DNA of 64,000 bases from Pseudomonadota bacterium. GTDB taxonomy: Bacteria > Bdellovibrionota > UBA1018 > CAIMNF01. The stretch lies in the NCBI GenBank assembly GCA_027491115.1, contig JAIXWV010000016.1, forward strand, positions 10,657 to 74,656. The letters run 5' to 3'. The notes under the pieces are model-generated. The model saw only the letters and a program-made list of their open reading frames with translations, did no database searches and was not told where the DNA came from. Every line of letters begins with the position of its first letter. Positions within the stretch are counted from its first letter, which is position 1. The position numbers were made by a program, and so were the translations under genes. Of this stretch, positions 54,908 to 64,000 are shown piece by piece.

Positions 54908-55990
54908 ATGAGGACTCGGAACAGCTTTTCTAGACTTTCCGTGATGGTCTGCTGGTTGATGACTGCAGCTGCGTTCTCGGGCTGTAAAACGATCATTGCG
55001 AGTGACGGTGCTATGCCAACCAGCAAGACTGAATCCATTGAGGCTTCACCTGCTCCGACCGCTGCACCCATAGCAGCTCCGACTGCTGCACCCATAGCAG
55101 CTCCGACTTCTGCACCCATAGCAGCTCCGACTTCTGCACCCATAGCAGCTCCGACTTCTGCACCCATAGCTCCACCAATAGTTGTACTTGAACCAGCTCC
55201 TGAACCTGCTCCGGCAGTTGGTAACTACGACTTGGATGGATTTTGGTATGATGACCAAGGCGGGTGTGTGGTGATTGGGGACCAAGGAATGTCCGAGGGT
55301 TACTACGCTGTGAGAAAGGGTGCCGTCGTCGAGGGCGAGGTGGTTTATCACTCTGTGAGAAAGGGTGCCTTCGTCAAGGGGGCTGTGGTTTACTTGAGTG
55401 AGCTTTGGTTCGAGGACAAGGAATGTCAGAAACTGGGTTCTTCCAAGTTCGATTCCAGCCAAGCCGTCGAAGCTAAGTTAGTTGAAATCGTTCCCAATAA
55501 AAAAGACGCATTCTCGGGGTTGGTTGTTCATGCACTTTTTGTTGTGGACTCAGGTGCCGGCAAAGCAGAAATCAGTATGGCAAGGCTCTCCTCGAGTTTG
55601 AGTTCCCTCGGGATTTGGTCGAACCGTGCCGCAGAATGCATGAAGGCGGAAAAGCCTGACGAGCAGGGATTTGTATCTTACCGCGAAGGTGTGGTGACCC
55701 AAGATGAACAGGTGTTCCTGGTTCAGCTTGTTTTTTCGGATGCGGAATGCTCGGTTCTAATGCCCACGCTCCACCAAGAATCGAAGGTTCAAAGAGGAAA
55801 GGCGATTTCATTTGAGCAGTACTGGGAGAACGAGTTATTGATGGCAAAAGCCACTCTTGAGTTCGAAAAAATTGATGTGAACGACTATGGCTTGATTTCA
55901 GCTCTGCCTCCTGCAGATTCGAAAGAAGCCTGGGGTGAGGATTCGAGGAAGCGCTTCCTGGAAGAGTTGAATGGGCGACTTGCTCCTTAA
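54908..55990 (+). CDS. lipoprotein with Pro/Ala/Thr repeat linker
   Basis: Lipobox FSGC; (APTS/AAPIA)x5; more AT-rich codons than neighbours. Confidence 0.75.
   Translation: MRTRNSFSRLSVMVCWLMTAAAFSGCKTIIASDGAMPTSKTESIEASPAPTAAPIAAPTAAPIAAPTSAPIAAPTSAPIAAPTSAPIAPPIVVLEPAPEPAPAVGNYDLDGFWYDDQGGCVVIGDQGMSEGYYAVRKGAVVEGEVVYHSVRKGAFVKGAVVYLSELWFEDKECQKLGSSKFDSSQAVEAKLVEIVPNKKDAFSGLVVHALFVVDSGAGKAEISMARLSSSLSSLGIWSNRAAECMKAEKPDEQGFVSYREGVVTQDEQVFLVQLVFSDAECSVLMPTLHQESKVQRGKAISFEQYWENELLMAKATLEFEKIDVNDYGLISALPPADSKEAWGEDSRKRFLEELNGRLAP
55052..55171 (+). repeat. 5 x 24-bp coding tandem repeat
   Basis: Unit gctccgacttctgcacccatagca. Confidence 0.95.
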
Positions 55991-56637
55991 AACTTCGAAT
56001 TGAATCCGTAAATGTGTTTCACATCGATGTGAGCGAAGCGTTGGTGCTTCAGCTTCATCTGGGCCAACTGGAGAATCAACTTCAGGTGGCGGGAACGATC
56101 CTGGAATCGGATCTTCTTGATTTCGCCCATGATGAAAGAACGCATTTCCACGGGGTGGAAGCAGAACCCTTGGGTGAAATGCCACTTACCCTCGTGAGGG
56201 AAGATCCGACCTTCGAAAATGTCCCCTCGGGAGAATGCGTATTTGAGCTTGGGGTCGACCACCAGGTACTTCTTGCGCGAAAACAGATCCTGAACGATCA
56301 GGTTCCTGCCGAAAAAGGTAAACCGACTCAGTAGAAACAGGGAGTGGATCGAGTTGGAGAGGTCCTCGAAGATTTGCTTTTCTTCTGGGCTGAACTCGGA
56401 TTGGTGCTGGCGGACGTAGTAACGGATGGGGGGGAGGTCTACTCCCGGTAGGTCCCGGTCAAACAGGTACCAGTCCATGAACAGGTTCATGCGTTGCTCA
56501 AACTCGGCATCGTCATCGTGAACCACGCCCGCCCGCTCGAAGAACTCTTCCTTGGCCCGGAAAACTTCCGGGTAGTATTCGCCTGTTGTGAACTCCCGGA
56601 TGACGGGTTCAAGTTGGGTTTGCATGGCTTCGGTCAT
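55987..56637 (-). CDS. hypothetical cytoplasmic protein
   Basis: 216-aa ORF with RBS ggga; FMDWYLFDR motif; genome-typical codon usage. Confidence 0.75.
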   Translation of the reverse strand: MTEAMQTQLEPVIREFTTGEYYPEVFRAKEEFFERAGVVHDDDAEFEQRMNLFMDWYLFDRDLPGVDLPPIRYYVRQHQSEFSPEEKQIFEDLSNSIHSLFLLSRFTFFGRNLIVQDLFSRKKYLVVDPKLKYAFSRGDIFEGRIFPHEGKWHFTQGFCFHPVEMRSFIMGEIKKIRFQDRSRHLKLILQLAQMKLKHQRFAHIDVKHIYGFNSKF

Positions 56638-56794
56638 GGTGTCCCTATCTTTACTGAAACGGGGGCGCTACGCAATAGTGTGCAATGGGGTGGGGATCTG
56701 TTCAGAATCGGGGCAGGTGTATGGAGTTTTTACACAGATAGAAGATAAGAAAGGTCTGGGATCGAATTTATTGCTTTTCCGCGATGGAGCGATG

Positions 56795-56810
56795 TGGCAT
56801 GGTTCCTGCT
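56795..56810 (+). promoter_or_regulatory. sigma54 promoter
   Basis: TGGCAT-ggttc-CTGCT, about 25 nt before the ATG. Confidence 0.6.
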
Positions 56811-56834
56811 CAATGGGGGAGCAGGAGATTCAAT

Positions 56835-57410
56835 ATGAAACTTTTTAAGATCCTTGGACTGATGGCGGTAGTAGGTGGCTTGTCGGCTTGCGGAACACAG
56901 CAGCCTTCCTCGATTGCATACAACCCATATTCTGGAGGCAATACCACGTACAATCCGTACAATCCGGGAGGACAAACCGGGTCCAATACCTACGCCGTTC
57001 CGGGCGGAACCAAGACCCTGACTCCCGTGATCAACGGTGGAGCCTTGGTTTATGGTAGCCAGAATTTTAGCGAGACCGCCCAAGTCCAGGCGGGTGACCA
57101 GATCGTGGTGAATGCTGCGAACAACGCAGTCTATGCCCGTAAGATCGTAGGCGGCATCCTCAATATCAATGTCCAGTCGACCCTGAAGGCACTCAACGTT
57201 TCGATCAACAATCAGTTGGTGGGATCCGGTTTGGCGGCCCAGTACAACGTGAGCCAAGCGGGAACCTTGAAGCTCTCCTTCAATTACCTGACCGAGAGCC
57301 TCTACAACGAGAGCGACATGCAGTTCCAGATCCAGATGATGGGCGGAGTGTACATCGGACGCTGTAAGGACACCGCCGGTCAGCCCATGACCTGCCCGTC
57401 CGGATACTGA
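56835..57410 (+). CDS. hypothetical lipoprotein
   Basis: RBS aggaga; lipobox LSAC; YNPY repeats; beta-rich domain. Confidence 0.8.
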   Translation: MKLFKILGLMAVVGGLSACGTQQPSSIAYNPYSGGNTTYNPYNPGGQTGSNTYAVPGGTKTLTPVINGGALVYGSQNFSETAQVQAGDQIVVNAANNAVYARKIVGGILNINVQSTLKALNVSINNQLVGSGLAAQYNVSQAGTLKLSFNYLTESLYNESDMQFQIQMMGGVYIGRCKDTAGQPMTCPSGY

Positions 57411-57476
57411 TCCCCGATCCACAACTTGAATCTTCCTCGGGCCCTGCCGGAATCCTTCCGGTGGGGCCTGTTTGAT

Positions 57477-58088
57477 TTAAAGCCTTGGAGCGGTCTCCCG
57501 GAATGATCCGTTCATGCGGGCGAGCTCCATCGGTGCGCGGAGAGTGGTCGGAATTGCGTCCCGGCACTCAGGCATTCGGAACTCAAGGTACTCGAGCGCA
57601 CAGGCCAGGTCCCAGCCCGCTTGGGTCATCTCACCTGAGCGGATCCAAAAATCGTTCCGAAAGCTCTCGAGATGGCGGAGGGTGCGGAGAACCGCGCTCA
57701 GGTGATCCTGTGCCCACGACGGGGAAGGGACCTCGTGCATCCGGGTCTCTTGGAAAAAAGAGACGGCGGCTTGCATGAGCCCCGTGGCCAACGTCGATGC
57801 CTGGCGGATCTCGATCCGATCTGTCGGCAGCTCGGGCCAGATGCCCCCATGCAGGTCATGCAGGGTTTCGAGGATGGCCGAAGAATCCGCAAGCGTCCGG
57901 CCGTCTGGAAGAATCAGGGTGGGCACCAGACCCAGAGGGTTGGCAGTTTCCAGATCAGGATTCGATTCGAGCACGTTGAGCGGGTGCTCGATGACAGGAA
58001 GGCCCAGGCGGCGGAGGGCCAGTCGGACGCGCCGTGCAAAGGGCGATCGGGGGCTCAGAAACAAGTGATAAGGGTTCGGATTTGCCAT
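57477..58088 (-). CDS. glutathione S-transferase family protein
   Basis: SPFARRVR, NPLGLVPTL, LADSSAILE.L. Confidence 0.9.
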   Translation of the reverse strand: MANPNPYHLFLSPRSPFARRVRLALRRLGLPVIEHPLNVLESNPDLETANPLGLVPTLILPDGRTLADSSAILETLHDLHGGIWPELPTDRIEIRQASTLATGLMQAAVSFFQETRMHEVPSPSWAQDHLSAVLRTLRHLESFRNDFWIRSGEMTQAGWDLACALEYLEFRMPECRDAIPTTLRAPMELARMNGSFRETAPRL

Positions 58089-58114
58089 GGGCCCATGGTA
58101 GCATCGGGGGCATC

Positions 58115-59212
58115 ATGCTCAATCCCAAACGCATCCTGGTCACCAAGTTCCGCGCCATGGGGGACACGATCCTCCTCACCGCGGCATTGAAGGAATTGCA
58201 TCGTCAGTTCCCCCAGGCCCAGATCCACGCTGCAGTCCCCGAGCCTTGGGTGTGGTTGCTTGAGGGATTCCCCGGGGTCACCAAGCTCTGGCCGATCACC
58301 TGGCACAACGACCGGGCAGCCCGGACCAAGGCGGCGACTCGTCTCGCTTTCCAGCTCCGAAAAGAATCTTATGACATCGTTTGCGGCTTTCATTCCTCTC
58401 CCGCCGCTGCCATGGTTGCTCTTTCCACCGGGGCGAAGGTCCGCTCAATCCACTTCCACAGTTTCAAAGCCAAGAACATGTACTCCACGGTCGAGATCCC
58501 AGGAAAAGGGATCATGAAGCCGGTGGTCGAGCGGGATCTCGACACGGTACGTGGCCTCGGCCTCAATGTTCCCGAAGGCGTGATGCCCGAGATTTTCCTG
58601 AAGCCGGGCGAGAAGGATCTCGCACGCGAGGAATTCAAAGCCTGGGGAATAACCCGTCCGGTCCTGGGGCTCGCCCTTGGTGCTTCCCGTGCGACCAAGA
58701 TCTGGCCCTTGCATCGCTTCGCCGAAGTGGCCCAAAAATGGGTTCGTGAATCCGGTGGCACCGTTCTGGTGATCAGCGGTCCCGGTGAAGAGCGCCTGAC
58801 CGAGGAGTTCTTCCAATCCATTCCCCAAGCGGACGGACTGCGTGAGCGCATCCAAGTCATGCCCCCTTGCAATGTCCGGGTGCTCGCGGCCCGGATTTCG
58901 AACTTGAACGTTCTTCTCGGAAACGATTCCGGACCCCGGCATTTGGCGGCCGCACTCGGTGTACCGACCGTCACCCTTTTCGGGCCGGAGCATCCGATGG
59001 AGTGGCATCCTTACGCCCAAGAACGCCATCCCCGATTGTTTGTCGAGCCCCTTCCTTGCCGGAACAACCAGGAGCCTGGGTCTCCGCCCTGGTGCGGACT
59101 CCAGGAGTGTATCGCCGAAGCCCATCAATGCATGACCCGGATCGGTGCGGACGAAGTGTTCGCGCAAGTGAGGCGGGTGTTTGATTCTCATGGAAAAGAT
59201 CTCGGGATTTAG
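58115..59212 (+). CDS. GT9 glycosyltransferase (LPS heptosyltransferase-like)
   Basis: RAMGDTIL, KIWP..RF, GNDSGPRHLAAALGVPTVTLFGP. Confidence 0.92.
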   Translation: MLNPKRILVTKFRAMGDTILLTAALKELHRQFPQAQIHAAVPEPWVWLLEGFPGVTKLWPITWHNDRAARTKAATRLAFQLRKESYDIVCGFHSSPAAAMVALSTGAKVRSIHFHSFKAKNMYSTVEIPGKGIMKPVVERDLDTVRGLGLNVPEGVMPEIFLKPGEKDLAREEFKAWGITRPVLGLALGASRATKIWPLHRFAEVAQKWVRESGGTVLVISGPGEERLTEEFFQSIPQADGLRERIQVMPPCNVRVLAARISNLNVLLGNDSGPRHLAAALGVPTVTLFGPEHPMEWHPYAQERHPRLFVEPLPCRNNQEPGSPPWCGLQECIAEAHQCMTRIGADEVFAQVRRVFDSHGKDLGI

Positions 59213-60098
59213 TCTCGTCCGGAACGGCATCCTGTTCGACTATCCGTTTTTGGAGTCGCTCCGCTCCCTTCTTCCTCTTGTGGACGAACTCGTTCTCAAT
59301 GTCGGAGAGGGCGATGATGAGACTTTGATCCGCTGCGAGCAATTCGCGGTCGAAGAGGGTCTGGGAAAAGTGAAAATCTTCACCTCGGTCTGGCCACTGA
59401 ACGATCCGGAAAAGAAAAAATCCGGACTGATCCTTTCAGAGCAGACCAATCTCGCGCTCGAGAGATGCGCTCACGATTGGTGCCTCTATCTTCAGGCGGA
59501 CGAAGTCCTGCATGAGGAAGATGTGACAGTTCTCCGTGAGGGGGTCGAGCGTGCGGCCCGGAAGGGTCTTGAAGCATTGGTGTTCCAGTACCGTCATTTT
59601 TACGGTTCGTTCAATGTGATCCAAGAGACCCGCTCCGCCTACCGGCGCGAGATGCGTCTGATTCGAAAATCCTCGGGAGCGCGCAGCGTGGGCGACGCCC
59701 AGAGTTTCCGAAAGCCCGACGGATCCAAGCTCCGGGCGCTCCTGACCCCGGCACGGATCTTTCATTACGGTTGGGTCCGGACTCCCGAAGCCATGAAGGA
59801 AAAAACCCTGTTCATGGACCGACTGTATCATGGGGATCAAGCGCCTGGTTCCGATACGCCTCATTCCGGGAACAACTACCTCTACAAGCGGTTTTGGGGG
59901 CTGCGTGAATACCAGGGAACCCATCCCGGGGTCATGGCCCGCCGGATCGCCGAAAAAGGGTGGAATTGGGATCTTCGCGCCTCGCCCTTTGTTTTCTCAG
60001 CAAGGGATACGAAAAAAATCCTACTCGATCTTTGGGAGCGGCTCACCGGACACCGTCCCTTCGAGTTCAAAAATTATTCCATCGAGGGGAGGATGTGA
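59190..60098 (+). CDS. GT2 glycosyltransferase
   Basis: ISGFSLVRNG..FDYPF.ES, YLQADEVLHE, IFHYGWVR. Confidence 0.88.
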   Translation: MEKISGFSLVRNGILFDYPFLESLRSLLPLVDELVLNVGEGDDETLIRCEQFAVEEGLGKVKIFTSVWPLNDPEKKKSGLILSEQTNLALERCAHDWCLYLQADEVLHEEDVTVLREGVERAARKGLEALVFQYRHFYGSFNVIQETRSAYRREMRLIRKSSGARSVGDAQSFRKPDGSKLRALLTPARIFHYGWVRTPEAMKEKTLFMDRLYHGDQAPGSDTPHSGNNYLYKRFWGLREYQGTHPGVMARRIAEKGWNWDLRASPFVFSARDTKKILLDLWERLTGHRPFEFKNYSIEGRM

Positions 60099-60100
60099 GC

Positions 60101-60823
60101 ATGAAGCCGATGCGGATTCTGATTTTGGACAACACCCGTGAAGAACGCTATTTCGGAAGCGCTAGCCTTCAGTCTTGGGTGATCAGAATGGCGCCTGTCG
60201 GATCCGAAGTGAGGGTGATGAGACCTCCTCACGGGGATCTTCCCGAAGGTGGAAAATTCGATGCGATCTGTATTTCAGGATCCGTCACCTCTTGCATGAC
60301 CGAGAATGAACCCTGGATCCGGGCGTACGATGATTATGTTTCGGAACAGATCCGTGCCAGGACCCCCATTCTCGGAATCTGTTACGGCCACCAAACCTTG
60401 GCCCGGTGCTTGTTCAAGATGGCCGGAAAAACGCCGGCACTCGGACGGTCAAAGGATGCGGAGCTCGGTTGGCAGACCATTACCGCGCTCAAGCGGGACT
60501 CCATCTTCGAGGGTTTGGGAAAGACCTTCGTGTCCTATCAGTCCCATTACGAGGAGGTTTCGGAAACGCCTCCCGGCACTCACCGGATCGCCGAGACCGA
60601 TCGGTGCGCCGTCCAGGCGTTCGAGGTCGACGGGGCGCCGATCTTCGGCATCCAATTCCATCCTGAGCACTCGATCGAGTATGCCGAGGAGTCCCTTGCC
60701 AACAAACTCAAAAAAGGCGAGCGTCGGGATTGGATCCTGAATCCGGGGATGGGAAAAAAGCTTTACGACGAAAACGTGGGAATCAGAATCTTTGGAAACT
60801 TCTTCAGAATCGCAAGCACTTGA
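60101..60823 (+). CDS. type 1 glutamine amidotransferase
   Basis: ISGS, LGICYGHQ, QSHYE, GIQFHPE. Confidence 0.9.
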   Translation: MKPMRILILDNTREERYFGSASLQSWVIRMAPVGSEVRVMRPPHGDLPEGGKFDAICISGSVTSCMTENEPWIRAYDDYVSEQIRARTPILGICYGHQTLARCLFKMAGKTPALGRSKDAELGWQTITALKRDSIFEGLGKTFVSYQSHYEEVSETPPGTHRIAETDRCAVQAFEVDGAPIFGIQFHPEHSIEYAEESLANKLKKGERRDWILNPGMGKKLYDENVGIRIFGNFFRIAST

Positions 60824-61793
60824 ATCCATCTCTTGGAAAAGCCGTTTCACCTTGGTGCTCAAATTCGCACTGGTCGGTGGTGTGTTCTACTATTTGTACC
60901 GTAAGGGGCTCATTACCGCCGAAAGCTTCCGGAAAATGGCAGCTTCGCCCAAGACCCTTTTCCTTTGTCTGGCCTTCATGACGCTCAACACCCTTTCGGG
61001 GGCGCTCCGTTGGCAAGTGCTGCTCCGGACCCACGGGGCCGATCTCGGTTTCTTGCACACCTTGAAGCTCAGTCTGGTTGGGAGTTTTTTCAACATTGCC
61101 CTGCCCGGCGCGGTCAGTGGGGACCTGGTGAAGGGGGTCCATCTCATGAAGCGTTTCCCCGAGAAACGAGCGCCGATTTTCGGAACCATCGTATTGGACA
61201 GAATGCTGGGCGTCTCGGCGATGGTGTTCATTGGAGCCTTCTCGGCCGTGCTGTCCATGGTGGTGCCCTGGGGAGGGGCTTTGCCCCAAATCCTGCTCTG
61301 GTCCATTGGTGGAGCGGGTTTAGCCGCTTTGGCATTCTTTGTTTACCTTTTTGCCTCTGGAAAGAAGGACCCTGTCGGGAAGATTCTTCGAACTCTCGTG
61401 ATGAAGATTCCGAAGATCGGTCCGGTGGAGAGGCTCTATTCGAGCATCATGGCTTACCGGGCCTATCCCCGCCGGGTCATCAAGGCTGTCGCGTTGTCCA
61501 TGGCCATCCACCTGTTACTGATCCTCATGGCTTATTTCATCACCGAGGCCATCTCGGTCGAGGCATTGCCCGTGTTTCCTGTCGCGGTGATCGTACCGAT
61601 CGGGATGCTGGCGACGACCATTCCGGTGCTTCCTGCCGGAGTTGGAACGGGGCATGCTGCATTTTACGCACTCTTCATGATGGTCGGATCCCCTTTGGGT
61701 GCCGAGGTCTTCAGCATGATTGTCCTGTATCAGGTCTTGGTCGGGATCGTGGGTGGAGTGACCTATCTGAAGGTCTTATCCGAACGGAACTGA
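60792..61793 (+). CDS. lysylphosphatidylglycerol synthase TM-domain (flippase-like) protein
   Basis: RWQVLL, FFNIALPGAVSGDLVK, LDRMLG, PVLPAGVGTG; start uncertain. Confidence 0.85.
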   Translation: METSSESQALESISWKSRFTLVLKFALVGGVFYYLYRKGLITAESFRKMAASPKTLFLCLAFMTLNTLSGALRWQVLLRTHGADLGFLHTLKLSLVGSFFNIALPGAVSGDLVKGVHLMKRFPEKRAPIFGTIVLDRMLGVSAMVFIGAFSAVLSMVVPWGGALPQILLWSIGGAGLAALAFFVYLFASGKKDPVGKILRTLVMKIPKIGPVERLYSSIMAYRAYPRRVIKAVALSMAIHLLLILMAYFITEAISVEALPVFPVAVIVPIGMLATTIPVLPAGVGTGHAAFYALFMMVGSPLGAEVFSMIVLYQVLVGIVGGVTYLKVLSERN

Positions 61794-61821
61794 AGGCACG
61801 CTCCCTGCACCTCTCTCGGAT

Positions 61822-62928
61822 GTGCATCTCCTGAAGCCCTTTCAGAAATTGGCGCTCGAATCGCTCGAATCCAGGCCTCACACCCTGTTGATCGCGCCGA
61901 CAGGTAGCGGAAAAAGCCTGGTTTTTCAGCGATACATTGAGATGCACCAGAATCAGATCCGGGCCTTGGTGGTGGCGCCTCTGACTGCTTTGATCCGTCA
62001 GCACGAGGCCGCTTTCGTCAAGCTCGGCATTCCTTTGAATCCGGAATCCGGTCCCGGGGTCCGGGTGATGAGTCCCGAACGCCTTTTTGGGTCGGCCTAT
62101 AGGAAGCTCGAGGAATGGCGCCCCGATTTTTTGGTGGTGGATGAGGCCCATTGCATGGATGAGTGGGGAGATCGATTCCGACCTTGTTTCAGCGAGCTCC
62201 CGTTTGCACCCCGACGATTGTCCATTCCCAAGACGCTTTGGTTGACCGCCACTCTTCCCGCTTCCTCCAGGGAGAGTTTGTTCCGTGCCCTCGAGGGTGG
62301 ATGCATCGAATTGGGTCGATTCGGTCTTCCTCCCTCTCTCGACTTGTTTGTCGAGCGGGTGGAGCCCTCACTCCGGTTCGAGCGACTATTGGAGATTTCA
62401 GAGGTTTTTCGCGGAAAAAGCGGGATGATCTTTGTGAACACCCGTGAAGCGTCGGAAAGGGTCGGGGCCTGGCTCAGGGCTGCAGGGATCCGTTCGAGGC
62501 CGTATCACGCCGGGATGACTCGTGAGGAGCGCCTGGCTCTCGAGGCCGAGTTTCGGGACTGTGGGAGTGGCCTTCCTGTCTGGATCGTAGCCACCTCGGC
62601 CTTCGGGATGGGAATGGACTATGGTTTTCTCGAGGTTTGTATTCTGTTCGAGCCGCCCTTCAGCCTCCTGGCACTCGCTCAAGCTGTCGGAAGAGTGGGG
62701 AGGAGCGGGCGCTCTGCATCGGCCCATGTCTGGTGGCACCCGGATGACTTTTCCCGTCACCGCTGGCTCACAGCAGGATGTGAGCGTGCGGACCGGAGAA
62801 TGCAAGAGGTTCGTGCCTGGTGCTCCGCTCCCGACCCGGTGAGTGCACTTGAAAAATACTTTAACGATGCCGTCGTTTCAGGCAAGCTCAGGTCAGAAAC
62901 GGAAACGCAACATGGGTATCCCGAGTGA
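61822..62928 (+). CDS. minimal RecQ-like DEAH helicase
   Basis: APTGSGKS, VDEAHC..EWG..FRP, LTAT, YHAG, ATSAFGMGMD, QAVGRVGR. Confidence 0.85.
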   Translation: MHLLKPFQKLALESLESRPHTLLIAPTGSGKSLVFQRYIEMHQNQIRALVVAPLTALIRQHEAAFVKLGIPLNPESGPGVRVMSPERLFGSAYRKLEEWRPDFLVVDEAHCMDEWGDRFRPCFSELPFAPRRLSIPKTLWLTATLPASSRESLFRALEGGCIELGRFGLPPSLDLFVERVEPSLRFERLLEISEVFRGKSGMIFVNTREASERVGAWLRAAGIRSRPYHAGMTREERLALEAEFRDCGSGLPVWIVATSAFGMGMDYGFLEVCILFEPPFSLLALAQAVGRVGRSGRSASAHVWWHPDDFSRHRWLTAGCERADRRMQEVRAWCSAPDPVSALEKYFNDAVVSGKLRSETETQHGYPE

Positions 62929-63871
62929 TCCGAAACTTCTGGTGGAGAGCGCCCGCGCGGGGAATCGTGCGGCCCTGGCGCGCCTGATCTCGCGGATCGA
63001 ACACCGCAATCAGGACACGCGCACCCTGATCAGTCTGCTGTATCCGCACACCGGGAAAGCCCAGGTCTGGGGCATCACCGGTCCTCCGGGTGCCGGCAAG
63101 TCGACCTTGGTGGATCGCCTTGTTTCTAGGTTGCGAGGGGAGGGCAAAACGGTCGCCGTTGTGGCGGTGGATCCATCCAGCCCCTTCTCAGGTGGTGCGA
63201 TCCTCGGTGACCGGATCCGTATGCAAAAACACACCGCAGATCCGGGGGTGTACATCCGGAGCCTTGGAACCCGAGGACGTCACGGGGGATTGTCTCACTC
63301 CACCAAAGAAACGGTTTTGGCCCTGGATGCGGCCGGATTCGACGTGGTTTTGGTCGAGACCGCCGGTGTCGGCCAGACCGAGCTCGACATCTTGAGGCTC
63401 GCCCAAACCGTAATTGTCGTACTGGTTCCTGAGAGCGGGGACTCCATCCAGGTGATGAAGGCCGGATTGATGGAAATTTCGGATGTGTTCGCTGTGAACA
63501 AGGCAGACCGGCCCGAGGCGGACAAGTTGGTGCGTGAACTGGTGGCCAACGTGGGGCTCAATCCGCACGATGAAAACTCCTGGATCATCCCTGTGATGAA
63601 AACGGAGGCTGCTCGCGACGTGGGCACGGTCGAGCTGCTGGGCGAAATCGCCCGTCATCAGGAGTATCTCGAAAAATCCGGAAAAAAGGCCGAAAAAGCG
63701 AAAGTTTTCCTGAAAGAAGAATTGGTCGACATCCTGATTGAGGGCCTGAGAAATTCGCTCGATTCCGTGCTCGGCACGGACGGAGGCAGGGATCTCCTTG
63801 AGCGTCTCTACCGAAAGGAGATCGCCCCTTACGAGGCGGCGAAGGTACTCTCAGGGCAGGCGGGTGAGTAG
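62912..63871 (+). CDS. meaB: methylmalonyl-CoA mutase-associated GTPase
   Basis: GITGPPGAGKSTL, AVDPSSPFSGGAILGDRIRM, ETAGVGQTE, NKAD. Confidence 0.95.
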   Translation: MGIPSDPKLLVESARAGNRAALARLISRIEHRNQDTRTLISLLYPHTGKAQVWGITGPPGAGKSTLVDRLVSRLRGEGKTVAVVAVDPSSPFSGGAILGDRIRMQKHTADPGVYIRSLGTRGRHGGLSHSTKETVLALDAAGFDVVLVETAGVGQTELDILRLAQTVIVVLVPESGDSIQVMKAGLMEISDVFAVNKADRPEADKLVRELVANVGLNPHDENSWIIPVMKTEAARDVGTVELLGEIARHQEYLEKSGKKAEKAKVFLKEELVDILIEGLRNSLDSVLGTDGGRDLLERLYRKEIAPYEAAKVLSGQAGE

Positions 63872-64000
63872 GTCCCGGAGCTTGCGGAGTGGAATCCGTT
63901 TTTCGGAATCCAGAAGGGGGAGGAGTGCTTCCGGAATTCCGATGGTTTTTTCGAAGAAGTGTTCTGCAACCGACTGAAGCTCGGTGAGTCGGTTGATTTC

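Noticed and set aside
55052..55171. CRISPR-like array
   Set aside because: Contiguous in-frame coding repeats with no spacers and no cas genes
63864..64000. Start of a further CDS at the window end
   Set aside because: Too short to assign a frame or product

Overview
Chromosomal window of a GC-rich bacterium that I infer belongs to the Bdellovibrionota. The evidence is a Bd0055/HBb-type histone, two short 277-aa flagellins and many secreted hydrolases and orphan lipoproteins. About 1-20 kb is accessory-like: secreted C11, C1 and S8 peptidases, alpha/beta hydrolases, an HDAC-family deacetylase, a desaturase remnant, a 104-bp duplication of the doxX 3' end, and tRNA-Arg(ACG) with an abutting 142-nt nested inverted repeat. 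About 20-64 kb is mostly core genes (diguanylate cyclase, histone, smc, lolA, fliC x2, trmL, asnS, pepA, wcaJ-like, lptF, rodZ, pilF-like, lepA, pyrB-pyrC-carA, LPS glycosyltransferases, meaB). I saw no integrase, transposase, CRISPR array or rRNA. The main unexplained signals are non-coding: (1) a sigma54-driven ~90-nt two-hairpin RNA with C-rich loops directly upstream of the histone gene, plus a similar module ending a ~330-nt structured transcription unit upstream of smc; (2) a DnaA-box/IHF/A-tract locus between convergent genes at 43.7-43.9 kb; (3) two rod-like foldbacks at 13.9 kb and 32.6 kb. All product calls come from recognising motifs by eye; no database search was run.
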